Shown piece after piece: positions 22,172 to 31,699 of a DNA stretch of 64,000 bases. Within the stretch, counting starts at the first letter, position 1; each line of letters opens with the position of its first letter. Source of the DNA: Alphaproteobacteria bacterium (GTDB taxonomy: Bacteria; Pseudomonadota; Alphaproteobacteria; SP197). The stretch spans positions 4,384,001 to 4,448,000 of the forward strand of contig OZ245842.1 of NCBI GenBank assembly GCA_965228895.1, given 5' to 3'. The notes beneath the pieces were generated by a model. It was given only the letters and a program-made list of their open reading frames with translations, was not told where the DNA came from and made no database searches. A program made the translations under genes and the position numbers.

Positions 22172-23101
22172 TTAGCGCCAGCGGCGCAGACCCCGGTAAC
22201 CCGTCACAGCGTTGCGCGCCAGCGCGCGTTCACGCTGCAGGATGTAGAGGCCGCTCATCACCAGAACGGCGGAGCCGGCAACCAGGCTCCATGATGGGAT
22301 GTCGTGCCATATGACGAAACCCAGCAGACCGGCCCAGATCAAGGCGACGTAGTCGAACGGCGCCAGCAGCGACGGCGCGGCACGGCGATACGCCTCGACG
22401 CCCAGGTACTGACCGATCGTGCTGGCAAACGCGATGCCGAGCAGCAAGCAAAGATCGAACCAATCCATGGCGACCCAGGCATCGAGCAAGACCACGCCGA
22501 GTGCCATGATGACGAGCACATAACCGTTGACCCAAACGAGAATCACCGAGGTCGACGTCGCCACCGCCAACTTTCGCGTGGCAATCGCAGCGAGCGCATA
22601 GAACGCTGCCGAAGCCAGCGCCCAAAGCGCCGCCGGCTGAAACACCGCCGTGCCCGGTTCCATGATGATGAGAACACCGACAAATCCGACGACCACCGCC
22701 GCCCAGCGCCTCGGCCCGACCTTTTCTTTCAGCAGCGGCACGCTCAGTGCCGTGATGAACAGCGGCCCGGCGAACGAAACCGCGACCGTCTCGGCGAGCG
22801 GGAGGACTTTCAATGCTTCGATGAATGTCACGAAGGATGTCGCCCCGAACACGACACGCATCAGAACGATACGGTGATTGACGAAACCCAGACGATGCAG
22901 GCCGCCGCTGCGCGCCACCAGCAATAGCGCAATCGGCACCGCCACCAGGCTGCGGATCAAAATGATCTGCGTGAAGTGATATTCGCCGGCGACCCATTTG
23001 ACGATGGCGTCGGAGACAGCGAAAGCTGCAATCGACAGGCTGATTAGAACGATCGCGACAACCGGCGACCCTTGATCAGCGGGCTTGGCGGAATCTGGCA
23101 C
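22172..23101 (-). CDS. DMT/EamA transporter
   Basis: About 10 TM segments; LKEKVGPRRWAAVVVGFVGV; LAPFDY. Confidence 0.88.
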   Translation of the reverse strand: MPDSAKPADQGSPVVAIVLISLSIAAFAVSDAIVKWVAGEYHFTQIILIRSLVAVPIALLLVARSGGLHRLGFVNHRIVLMRVVFGATSFVTFIEALKVLPLAETVAVSFAGPLFITALSVPLLKEKVGPRRWAAVVVGFVGVLIIMEPGTAVFQPAALWALASAAFYALAAIATRKLAVATSTSVILVWVNGYVLVIMALGVVLLDAWVAMDWFDLCLLLGIAFASTIGQYLGVEAYRRAAPSLLAPFDYVALIWAGLLGFVIWHDIPSWSLVAGSAVLVMSGLYILQRERALARNAVTGYRGLRRWR

Positions 23102-23289
23102 GTTGGTGTGATCCGAAGAGGCGTTTGAGACTCTCGCATAGAGCCAAGGACGGTGAAGCGCAATGCCTGGTATGAAAACTCAGCGCCGCTGTTCCTGACG
23201 CACGATGACCAGATCATCTTGTGCGGCTTAAAGGATGACCGCGATGTTGATGCAGATGATCGCCGGCGCGGGACGATTATCGCCGTATC

Positions 23290-24183
23290 TCACGCCGTGG
23301 TCTCGCCGGCTTTGCGTTTGAACTGCCGGGTTTCGTCGTAGACCACGAAGAGACCGCTGCCAATCAACACAGCCGCACCGGTTATCAGCTCCCGGCTCGG
23401 CACCTCCCTAAACACAACGTAACTGATGATAGCGATGTAGATGATGCCCATGTAGTCAAAGATTATGACCGTGTTGGCGGCCGCATAGCGATAGGCCTGC
23501 ACCAAACAGTACTGGGCACACGCGGCCAGAAGGCCAACCGCGAAGAGCATCGGCAACTCCCAATAGGGCGTGGACGTCCAAAGGAAAGGCATGAACGGCA
23601 GCAGGGTTAGTCCACCGAAGACGGACATGTAGAAGAGGATCGTCAGGCTGTCTTCGGTTCTGGTCAGCGCGCGGTTGATCAGCATGGCAACGGCGTAGGC
23701 GCCGGCAGACCCGAGCGCAAGAAGCGCCCATAGGTTGAACAACCCGCCGCCCGGCTGCATCACGTAAGCCACGCCCCCAAAACCGATGATGATAGCCACC
23801 CAGCGCGCCTTCGATACACGCTCGCCCAGGAACCAGCCCGCCAACAGAGCAACGAAGATCGGTGCCGACAGATAAACCGTCGTCGCGTCATCGAGTGCCA
23901 GGAACTTCAAGCTGTAGAAAAACGCTGCTGTCGCGAATGCTGACAGGACGCCTCGCACAGCCACCAGTCCCCATCGCGTGCAAACGAATAGATCCTTGCG
24001 CCTGATGCCGATGATTGTTGCCGCCACCAGGAAACTCATGACCACAAATCGTATGAAGGCGATCTGTATCGGCGAGTACTCTTCCGTCAGATATCGAACC
24101 AGCGCCTCGTTGCATCCGAAAACGATCAACGCGATGTTGATAAACGTAATCCCGAGCAGCGGACGATTGACGTGACTGGCCAT
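23290..24183 (-). CDS. DMT/EamA transporter
   Basis: LGERVSKARWVAIIIGFGGV; start MASHV coupled to the upstream stop. Confidence 0.86.
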   Translation of the reverse strand: MASHVNRPLLGITFINIALIVFGCNEALVRYLTEEYSPIQIAFIRFVVMSFLVAATIIGIRRKDLFVCTRWGLVAVRGVLSAFATAAFFYSLKFLALDDATTVYLSAPIFVALLAGWFLGERVSKARWVAIIIGFGGVAYVMQPGGGLFNLWALLALGSAGAYAVAMLINRALTRTEDSLTILFYMSVFGGLTLLPFMPFLWTSTPYWELPMLFAVGLLAACAQYCLVQAYRYAAANTVIIFDYMGIIYIAIISYVVFREVPSRELITGAAVLIGSGLFVVYDETRQFKRKAGETTA

Positions 24184-25100
24184 CAGCGACGACCGCCCGA
24201 AGCCGCGCGCCTGAGAGCGGCCTCCCGGTACACGATGTAAAGTCCACTCGCTACCACGACCAATGCCCCAATCACCGACCAGCCGTCGGGAATGTCGTCC
24301 CAAATGACATAGCCCAGGATCACCGCCCATACGAGGGCGAAGTACTCGAACGGTGCGACCACAGAGAGTGGCGCGACGCGGAATGCGCTGGTCATGCAGA
24401 ACTGAGCGAAACCCGCGAAAAGACCGGTGACCGCGAACAGACCCCAGTCGACCATGTCCGGGGTGATCCATTCGCCCGGCAGGACAACGAGAACGAGACC
24501 GGCACCGGCGATATTGAAGATCACCTGATAGAGCACCATCGTCTCGGCTGACTCGGTCACGCCCAAACGGCGCGTGCGCACGAACCCCATGCCGAAGAAG
24601 ATGACCGATGATAATGCCAACAGCGTCGCAGCAATGGGAAACTCGCCGCTTGGACCAACGATCAGCAGGACGCCGAAAAAGCCGGTGGCAATTGCGGCCC
24701 AGCGTCTGAGGTCAACATGTTCGCCCAACAGCAAGGCGCCAAAGGCGGTCACCACAAGCGGCATCGACATGCCGACCGCGACCATGTCAGCCAGCGGCAC
24801 CATGTCGAGTGCCGCGACCCAGGTCGTAAAGGCCATGAACAGCAGGAAGCTGCGAAACAGAAGCGGCCCGAGATTGCGTGTCCTGATCGACCGGCGCACG
24901 CCTGCCCGGCGCACGAGAACGAATACCGGGAGGAGAGAAAAGACCGATCTGAGCAGCAACAGCTGGTAGACGAAATAGGCCGTCACCAGCCATTTGTTCA
25001 GGGCGTCATGCCACGAGAACAACGTGATGCCGACCAGCATAAAGGCGATGCCATGAAGCCGGCCGCGCCAGTCGCCGTCGGGGGATGGGTTGGATGACAC
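24183..25100 (-). CDS. DMT/EamA transporter
   Basis: LGEHVDLRRWAAIATGFFGV; VAPFEY. Confidence 0.88.
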   Translation of the reverse strand: MSSNPSPDGDWRGRLHGIAFMLVGITLFSWHDALNKWLVTAYFVYQLLLLRSVFSLLPVFVLVRRAGVRRSIRTRNLGPLLFRSFLLFMAFTTWVAALDMVPLADMVAVGMSMPLVVTAFGALLLGEHVDLRRWAAIATGFFGVLLIVGPSGEFPIAATLLALSSVIFFGMGFVRTRRLGVTESAETMVLYQVIFNIAGAGLVLVVLPGEWITPDMVDWGLFAVTGLFAGFAQFCMTSAFRVAPLSVVAPFEYFALVWAVILGYVIWDDIPDGWSVIGALVVVASGLYIVYREAALRRAASGGRR

Positions 25101-25176
25101 GGCAGGCCCGCCCCGGAAATGGAGCGGGCACTATCGGTACATCGTGGGGCGCTGACAAGCAGGCGCGGATACACCC

Positions 25177-25307
25177 ACCCCTCACCCAGCTCCGGCTAGG
25201 TCGCTAACGCGCCCAAGCCTTCACATCCCTCTCCCTCAAGGAGAGAGGAAATGCTTGGGTGTTTCCAGCTCCCTCTCCCCTTGAGGGAGAGGGTTGGGGT
25301 GAGGGGT
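25177..25307. repeat. REP/REPIN-like inverted-repeat element (CCCCTCACCC...CCCTCTCCC-N-GGGAGAGGG type)
   Basis: The right arm ccctctccccttgagggagagggttggggtgaggggt is the near reverse complement of the left arm acccctcacccagc[insert]ccctctccctcaaggagagagg. Confidence 0.75.
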
Positions 25308-25351
25308 CGCGCGCGATCGCGCGCCATGAGTTGTTTGGAGGTCGACAGCCG

Positions 25352-25582
25352 TTACTGGATGCTCACCGGCTCCAGGTCGTTCTGGCGCGCAGCGACAAAG
25401 GCCAGCTCGCGCGATTCAACGACGGCGAGCAGGCTGCCGTCAGCGCCATGAATGCCATACGCCCTGCCCTGTTCGGTTTCGACCGGCGCGACATAGGCCA
25501 GATGCGGCGCGCCCATTTTGGCGAACGCCTCCGGCGACATGGCGGCAATGGCGTCTTTGAATGTGTTCTCCGTGTTCGGCAT
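25352..25582 (-). CDS. DUF1150 family protein
   Basis: MSPEAFAKMGAPHLAYVAPV, IHGADGSLLA, AARQNDLEPVS; usual position downstream of alphaproteobacterial ibpA. Confidence 0.82.
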   Translation of the reverse strand: MPNTENTFKDAIAAMSPEAFAKMGAPHLAYVAPVETEQGRAYGIHGADGSLLAVVESRELAFVAARQNDLEPVSIQ

Positions 25583-25623
25583 GGTTACTCTCCTCTACAC
25601 CCGTCTAGCGGCGTGTTACGTGG

Positions 25624-26085
25624 TCAGGACTTCTCCTCCAGACCCTCGACGATCTTCGCGCGGCTGCCGGTGCCGTCACCGGCCTTGATATCGATGACCT
25701 TCTGTTTGACTTCGGGGATCGGCCTTTCCAGGTCGACATGCAGCAGGCCGTTATCGAGCGACGCGCCGACAACCTCGATACCCTCGGCGAGCACAAAACT
25801 GCGGACGAACTGACGCGCGGCGATGCCGCGATGCAGATAAACCCGCTTGTCGTCGTCGGTTTGTTTGCCACGCACGATCAGCTGGTTTTCCTCCACCAGG
25901 ACGTTCAGATCGTCCATGGTGAAGCCGGCGACGGCCAGGCTAATCCTGAGGCCGTTCTCGCCGATCTGCTCAATATTGTACGGTGGATAACCATCGCTGG
26001 ATGTCTTGGCGACCCGGTCGAGCACCCGCTCGAAATGGTCAAAACCCAGCAAAAGCGGGCTATCAAAGGCCGTCATTCGGGCCAT
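25624..26085 (-). CDS. ibpA: Small heat-shock protein (Hsp20, IbpA type)
   Basis: GFD, YPPYNIE, LAVAGF, YLHRGIAARQF, ASLDNGLLHVDL. Confidence 0.92.
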   Translation of the reverse strand: MARMTAFDSPLLLGFDHFERVLDRVAKTSSDGYPPYNIEQIGENGLRISLAVAGFTMDDLNVLVEENQLIVRGKQTDDDKRVYLHRGIAARQFVRSFVLAEGIEVVGASLDNGLLHVDLERPIPEVKQKVIDIKAGDGTGSRAKIVEGLEEKS

Positions 26086-26175
26086 AGGGGCATCTCCTCC
26101 ATTGAGCGAGGGCCTGACGTTCAATGCCGGAATCCAAAGGCAAACCGACATATGCCACCCCTGAATGGCGACGGC
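26083..26175 (-). promoter_or_regulatory. ROSE-type RNA thermometer in the ibpA 5' UTR
   Basis: mRNA reads CUCGCUC-AAUG-GAGGAG. The U(U/C)GCU motif pairs with the SD sequence leaving the characteristic bulged G; the SD lies 8 nt before the ATG. Confidence 0.75.
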
Positions 26176-26185
26176 ACGTGGGTTA

Positions 26186-26214
26186 ACGTGGGGACGGAAG
26201 TGAGCGATTTCAAG
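26186..26214 (-). promoter_or_regulatory. RpoH (sigma32) promoter of ibpA
   Basis: Minus strand CTTGAA-N15-CCCCACGT versus consensus CTTGAA-N13-17-CCCCATNT. Confidence 0.75.
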
Positions 26215-26241
26215 CGCTTAGCGCAAAGGGCGTTCCGCACA

Positions 26242-27198
26242 TTATGGCGAAAGGGCGGCCGCCAGAAAGTCGAGCAGAGCTTGCCGTGCCTGAGCTGCAG
26301 CCTCGGCATCACCGCCGGCCTCCGCGCCGCGGCGCCCGCACGCGCCCAACACGTCACGCAATGACGCGCCGTCAACCATGTCGCCTGTCGTGCGTTCGAC
26401 GAAGATGCCGGGGCTTTTCTCCTCGATCAGACAATCGGACGGAATCATGCCGGTAACCGGTACCCAATCCAGACCGTCCAAAGACGGGTGGTCAAAGGCA
26501 TGGCGGACACCAGGATAGATGACCAACGCAACATCATCGGAGGCCATCGACGCGACGACGTCACGGCACAGCGAGACGGGCGTCACGTTGTCGTTGTCGC
26601 CCATCTGGATCAGGACCGGTGCGCCGGTTGTCGTGACGTCCAGGGGTCGCAAACCACACCACGGGTAGAAGGCCGCATGGGCCGAAAAGCGATCGCCGTC
26701 ATAGGCGTCGCGAATCGTTTCAAGCGCGCCGTAGAGGGCGGCGATACCGCCTTTGGAAAAACCGACCAGCGCAATGTGCTGATCATCGATCCGTACATCG
26801 GCCGCCAGCGCCCTGCGCGCGGCAAACGCGTCCGCCAGCATGCTGGCCTCGGTTACCAGCGTCTGGTCGTCGACCGTGCGCGTGACACCACGCGCACCAA
26901 AGCTATCGACGACAAAGGCGGCGTACCCGGCGTCACGAAACAGTTCGGCGTAAAACCAGTCCTGACTGCCCGGCCCCGACGCGCTGTGCAGCATCACGAT
27001 CGCGGGCCACGGTGGCGGGCCGGCAGGCGTCATCAGGTAACCCCAGACGCTTTGCTGCGCACCGGCGTCACCAGCCATAACCTCGTTCAGGAAACCGTAA
27101 TTGGCGCTCTCGAAGTCGATTCGCTCACTCGACGACGGCGCCGTGGCGCAGCCCGCCAGCAAGACTACAACAGCCAGGAGCGTGGCAAACGGCCTCAC
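26242..27198 (-). CDS. Dienelactone hydrolase-family lipoprotein
   Basis: Lipobox LAGC; GFSKGG nucleophile elbow; GDND; HAFD. Confidence 0.82.
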   Translation of the reverse strand: MRPFATLLAVVVLLAGCATAPSSSERIDFESANYGFLNEVMAGDAGAQQSVWGYLMTPAGPPPWPAIVMLHSASGPGSQDWFYAELFRDAGYAAFVVDSFGARGVTRTVDDQTLVTEASMLADAFAARRALAADVRIDDQHIALVGFSKGGIAALYGALETIRDAYDGDRFSAHAAFYPWCGLRPLDVTTTGAPVLIQMGDNDNVTPVSLCRDVVASMASDDVALVIYPGVRHAFDHPSLDGLDWVPVTGMIPSDCLIEEKSPGIFVERTTGDMVDGASLRDVLGACGRRGAEAGGDAEAAAQARQALLDFLAAALSP

Positions 27199-28037
27199 GG
27201 GTTAAGCGTGGCCGCGTGGTGGGCGAAGTGGTCGGCCATGAAGGACTGCACGAACCAGTAGCTGTGGTCGTAGCCGTCACGCCTATTGAGCGTCAGCGCC
27301 TGACCCTTCTCCGCGCAGACCGCTTCCAGACGCTCGGGCAGCAGGTTGGGCAGGAACTCGTCGGCGGTGCCCTGATCGGCCAGGATCGGCGGACAGGTAT
27401 GGCCGGACGCGATGAGGTCGCAGCAATCGTAGCGCCGCCACGCCTCCTGGTCGTCGCCCAGATAACCCTTGAGCGCGTTGACCCCGGGCTCGCAGTTCAT
27501 CAGCGACACCATGGGCGCGAACGCCGAGACCGACTGGAACATGCCGGGGTTCTTGAGCGCGAGCGATAACGCGCCATGGCCGCCCATGGAGTGACCGAAC
27601 ACGCCACGGCGCGCACCATCGGCGGGGAAGTTGCCTTCGACGACACCCGGCAGCTCCTTCACGACATAGCTTTCCATGCGGTAGTGACGCGACCACGGCT
27701 CGGCTGTCGCATCCAGATAGAAACCCGCACCGGTGCCGAATGCCCAGTCGTCGTCCTCGCCGGCGATGCCCGTCTCGCGCGGGCTGGTATCGGGCGCGAC
27801 GACGACAAAGCCATACTCGGCGGCAAGCCGCTGGGCGCCCGCCTTGATCGTAAAGTTCTCTTCGGTACAGGTGAGGCCCGAGAGGTAGTAGAGCACCGGA
27901 ACAGGCCCGTTCTCCGCCTGAGCCGGACGATAGAGTGCGAACCGCATGGGCAACCCGATCTCGTCGGACTGGTGACGGTAGATCCCCTGCACGCCGCCAT
28001 AGCAGCGGTTTTCCGAGATGGTTTCGATGGCTGTCAT
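27195..28037 (-). CDS. fghA: S-formylglutathione hydrolase
   Basis: YLSGLTCTEENF, PDTSPR, GAGFYLDAT, GHSMGGHGA, GYDHSYWF. Confidence 0.95.
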   Translation of the reverse strand: MTAIETISENRCYGGVQGIYRHQSDEIGLPMRFALYRPAQAENGPVPVLYYLSGLTCTEENFTIKAGAQRLAAEYGFVVVAPDTSPRETGIAGEDDDWAFGTGAGFYLDATAEPWSRHYRMESYVVKELPGVVEGNFPADGARRGVFGHSMGGHGALSLALKNPGMFQSVSAFAPMVSLMNCEPGVNALKGYLGDDQEAWRRYDCCDLIASGHTCPPILADQGTADEFLPNLLPERLEAVCAEKGQALTLNRRDGYDHSYWFVQSFMADHFAHHAATLNP

Positions 28038-28087
28038 GAGATCCTCCCTGGCGGAACCGCTCTAGCAACCACGGCCACGAATCACAA

Positions 28088-28113
28088 GCGGCGTCCGGTT
28101 TCCCGGACGCCGC
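28088..28113 (-). terminator. Stem-loop between frmA and fghA (weak terminator or mRNA stabiliser)
   Basis: Perfect 11-bp stem gcggcgtccgg-tttc-ccggacgccgc, followed by ttgtgatt on the minus strand. Confidence 0.55.
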
Positions 28114-28133
28114 GCGTGATACAGACCGATCGC

Positions 28134-29243
28134 TCAGTACGTAATGACGCTCCGGATCGACTCGCCTTCGTGCATCAGGTGGAAGGCGTCGTTGATCTTA
28201 TCGAGCGGCATGGTGTGGGTGATCATGTCGTCGATGTTGATCTTCCCGTCCATGTACCAGTCGACGATCTTCGGCACGTCCGTGCGGCCCTTGGCGCCGC
28301 CGAAGGCGGTGCCGCGCCAGACGCGGCCGGTGACGAGTTGGAACGGGCGGGTCGAGATTTCCGCGCCGGCCGGCGCGACGCCGATGATGACGGACTCGCC
28401 CCAACCCTTGTGACAGCACTCCAGCGCCTGGCGCATGGTCGTCACGTTACCGATACACTCGAAGCTATAGTCGGCGCCGCCGCCGGTCAGGTCGACCAGA
28501 TAAGGCACGAGATCGCCTTCGATCTCTTTCGGGTTGGCGAAGTGGGTCATGCCGAACTTCTGGCCCAGCGCCTCGCGCGCAGGATTGATGTCGACGCCGA
28601 CGATCTTGTCGGCACCGGCGATACGCGCGCCCTGGATGACGTTGAGACCGATGCCGCCCAGGCCGAAGACGACGACGTTGTCGCCGGGCTGCACCTTGGC
28701 GGTGTTCATGACCGCGCCGATACCGGTCGTCACGCCGCAGCCGATGTAGCAGATCTTGTCGAAGGGCGCGTCCTCACGCACCTTGGCGAGCGCGATCTCC
28801 GGCACCACCGAGTGATTGGCGAAGGTCGACGTGCCCATGTAGTGGAACAGCTTGTCGCCGCCGATCGAGAACCGGCTGGTGCCGTCGGGCATGACGCCCT
28901 GGCCCTGGGTGACGCGGATCGCCTGGCACAGATTGGTTTTGCCCGACGTGCAGTACTCGCACTGGCGGCATTCCGGCGTATAGAGCGGGATCACGTGGTC
29001 GCCTTTTTTGAGGCTCGTCACGCCCTTTCCGGTATCAACGACAACGCCCGCGCCCTCATGGCCTAGGATGGCCGGGAACAGGCCTTCCGGATCGTCACCG
29101 GACAGCGTGAAGGCATCGGTGTGGCAAACGCCGGTCGCCTTGATCTCGACCAGGACTTCGCCTTCCTTCGGTCCGTCCAGCTCGACCTCTTCAACGGTCA
29201 GCGGATCGCCCGCCTTGTGCGCAACGGCAGCACGTGTCTTCAT
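28134..29243 (-). CDS. frmA: S-(hydroxymethyl)glutathione dehydrogenase / class III alcohol dehydrogenase
   Basis: [44 protein letters not shown]. Confidence 0.96.
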   Translation of the reverse strand: MKTRAAVAHKAGDPLTVEEVELDGPKEGEVLVEIKATGVCHTDAFTLSGDDPEGLFPAILGHEGAGVVVDTGKGVTSLKKGDHVIPLYTPECRQCEYCTSGKTNLCQAIRVTQGQGVMPDGTSRFSIGGDKLFHYMGTSTFANHSVVPEIALAKVREDAPFDKICYIGCGVTTGIGAVMNTAKVQPGDNVVVFGLGGIGLNVIQGARIAGADKIVGVDINPAREALGQKFGMTHFANPKEIEGDLVPYLVDLTGGGADYSFECIGNVTTMRQALECCHKGWGESVIIGVAPAGAEISTRPFQLVTGRVWRGTAFGGAKGRTDVPKIVDWYMDGKINIDDMITHTMPLDKINDAFHLMHEGESIRSVITY

Positions 29244-29320
29244 GATGTCTCCCCCTCAAATCATGGTGTTCAGCTTTGGCCGCATGGTTCCAGCCGAAAG
29301 CGGCGAATGCAACCGCGATC

Positions 29321-30082
29321 TCAGTCGCCGCCAGGTGGTACAACGCCCGGCAGGCCGAGCAGGTTTGGCAGGTCGGCGACCGTGTCGATGACGACATCAA
29401 AATGGGCGTCCAGCAGCTCGTGACCGGCCGCCCCGCTAAGCACCCCAACCACCGCGTGCAGGCCGGCATTGCGCCCGGTCGCGGCGTCGGTCGGCGTGTC
29501 ACCGACCAGGATGACCTGGTGAGGCCCCAAACCCGTCGTCTCGCAGAACGCCAAGGGCATGCCCGGCCCAGGTTTGCCGCCATGGCCGGCATCGGCGCCG
29601 GCGACGAAATCGACGAGATGATCGATCCCGGTTGAGCGAGCGGTCTCATGCGCCGTGTTGGTATCGTCATTGGTCGCGATACCGAGCTTGAAACCGTGGC
29701 CGCTCAGCGTGGTGAAGAGTTGAGGCAGGTCCGCGGTCTGGACCAGGGTGTCTGCAGCGAAGGCCTCGAACAGGTCGAGCACCATGGTCTCCATGTCGTC
29801 GGGCGCCGCCGGACCCAACACCTCGGCCCACACCGCCAGCAGCTCCTGGTTGGTGCCGCCGGCGAGCAGCGACGAGGGCTCCATATGATCGCGCTCGCGG
29901 TCATAGCCGGTGCGCGCCAGGAGCGTATCGGCCAACGCCTTGTCGCCCGCGCGTTCGGCCGCGGCCTCGGCGGCCGCGACATAGGCGGGCACCCAGGTCG
30001 CGACGAAGTCGATGAGCGTGCCGTCTTTGTCGAACAGCACGCCTTCGACATGATCGAAGATAAGGGTCTCAGAGGGCGGCAC
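29321..30082 (-). CDS. HAD-family hydrolase (phosphoglycolate phosphatase-like)
   Basis: FDKDGT, IATND, KP, VGDTPTD; GTG start overlaps the end of the kinase gene. Confidence 0.88.
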   Translation of the reverse strand: MPPSETLIFDHVEGVLFDKDGTLIDFVATWVPAYVAAAEAAAERAGDKALADTLLARTGYDRERDHMEPSSLLAGGTNQELLAVWAEVLGPAAPDDMETMVLDLFEAFAADTLVQTADLPQLFTTLSGHGFKLGIATNDDTNTAHETARSTGIDHLVDFVAGADAGHGGKPGPGMPLAFCETTGLGPHQVILVGDTPTDAATGRNAGLHAVVGVLSGAAGHELLDAHFDVVIDTVADLPNLLGLPGVVPPGGD

Positions 30083-30989
30083 GGACGCTTTCTCCTTCCG
30101 GCAAGTCCAGACGCCGACGCAATCCCGGTTCGGCAAGGGCACAGTCAAGATCAGCCAGGCGCCGAGTGGCATAGGCATCGAAACCCGCCTCGCCCGGTAC
30201 CAGCACACGCTGCATCATGCACCATGCCGCCGTGACAGCCATGGCAATCGCGCACCACAGCTCGAGGTCTTCGGGATCGCCGGCGCCGTAAGCGGCCAGC
30301 AAGGCATCCTTTTGCCCATCGTCAAATCGGGTCTCGACAGCGGCATAGGCGAGGTCCCAAAGCGGCTCGCTCATCGCGGCGTATTCCCAGTCAATCAGCA
30401 TCAGACGGCCCGGCGTGTCCAACATATTCGCGGCCACCGGGTCGACATGACAGGGCCGCAGTTCGCGGGCGTCGAAATCCGCCAGACGGGCAAGCGCCAG
30501 AACGCTTGGCCACCGCGGTCCGAAGGCAAGATCGGCATCGGGTGCAAGACTGGCCGTCGCCAGGTAGTGGTCGATCTTGTCGAACGGGTTCATCACGCCA
30601 CGAAACGCCGCGCCATCGTGCAGGCGGCGCAACGCGGTGCCCAGCCTGGCGATGACATCCGGGCGTCTTAGATGGGCTTCGTCAGGCACAACGGCATCGT
30701 CGCGAAAGCGCATGACGAGAACGCCGGTGGACGGATCGATATGGATCACCGACGCCGCGACCCCGGCCGTTTCGGCCACGCGCAAGTTATAGGCCTCCGC
30801 CGAACGATCGATATGAACTGAGGTGCCCGCGCCGGGCAGGCGCACGACATAGGGAACGCCGTCGGCCGTCACCCGCCAGGTGCGGTTGGTCAGGCCGGGC
30901 AGCCGTGTGACCGCACCGACACCGCCAGGCGCCACGGACAGACCGGCCGCATCGAGGGCTTTCTCGATCTCTGCGATATCGTCCATCAT
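30069..30989 (-). CDS. Choline/ethanolamine kinase-like phosphotransferase
   Basis: GLTNR, VVRLPG, CHVDP..ANML (Brenner-like motif), IDWEYA. Confidence 0.85.
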   Translation of the reverse strand: MMDDIAEIEKALDAAGLSVAPGGVGAVTRLPGLTNRTWRVTADGVPYVVRLPGAGTSVHIDRSAEAYNLRVAETAGVAASVIHIDPSTGVLVMRFRDDAVVPDEAHLRRPDVIARLGTALRRLHDGAAFRGVMNPFDKIDHYLATASLAPDADLAFGPRWPSVLALARLADFDARELRPCHVDPVAANMLDTPGRLMLIDWEYAAMSEPLWDLAYAAVETRFDDGQKDALLAAYGAGDPEDLELWCAIAMAVTAAWCMMQRVLVPGEAGFDAYATRRLADLDCALAEPGLRRRLDLPEGESVRAAL

Positions 30990-31060
30990 GCCGGCAGCGT
31001 AACCTGCTCATTGTTGGAATGAGCGGCGATTTCGCCGCTCACGAGACACGATATAGCACC

Positions 31061-31660
31061 ATGACCGACCGCGACGACACCGCAGCATTGAGCCACCTGC
31101 TTGGCGAGGTCCGCGCCTGCCGCGTCTGTGCCGCTGATCTGCCGCTTGGTCCCCGCCCGGTCCTGCGCGCCGCAGCGTCGGCCCGGGTCTTGATCGTTGG
31201 TCAGGCGCCGGGGACCAAGGTCCACGAGTCCGGCGTTCCCTGGGACGACAGGAGCGGCGACCGGTTGCGCGACTGGATGGCCGTCGATCACGCGACCTTC
31301 TATGACGAAACCCGCATCGCCATCGTGCCGATGGGGTTCTGTTATCCCGGCCGCGACCCACGCGGCGGCGACAATCCGCCACGGCCCGAATGCGCGCCCT
31401 TGTGGCACGAGCGCATCCTGGATCGGTTGCCGAATGTCGAACTGACGCTGCTGATCGGCGGTTACGCGCAGAAACGCTATCTGGGAAAGGCCGCAGGACC
31501 GAGCTTGACGAAAACGGTCACGGCTTGGCGCGACCACCTGCCGCGTTTTTTCGCGACCCCGCACCCCTCATGGCGGAATACTGCCTGGCTGAAGCGCCAC
31601 CCTTGGTTCGAAGCCGAGGCGCTGCCGGAACTGCAGCATCGGATCGCCGCCCTGCTTTGA
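31061..31660 (+). CDS. Uracil-DNA glycosylase-like family protein
   Basis: GQAPG, WDDRSGDRLRDW, PMGFCYPG, PHPSWRN. Confidence 0.88.
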   Translation: MTDRDDTAALSHLLGEVRACRVCAADLPLGPRPVLRAAASARVLIVGQAPGTKVHESGVPWDDRSGDRLRDWMAVDHATFYDETRIAIVPMGFCYPGRDPRGGDNPPRPECAPLWHERILDRLPNVELTLLIGGYAQKRYLGKAAGPSLTKTVTAWRDHLPRFFATPHPSWRNTAWLKRHPWFEAEALPELQHRIAALL

Positions 31661-31699
31661 CGTTGGATGGATGGCGATGACCGCCCGATCACCGGGCGG

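Noticed and set aside
23290-24471. 393-aa version of the middle DMT gene
   Set aside because: The N-terminal extension overlaps the upstream DMT in another frame; the coupled ATG at 24183 gives a normal-sized protein.
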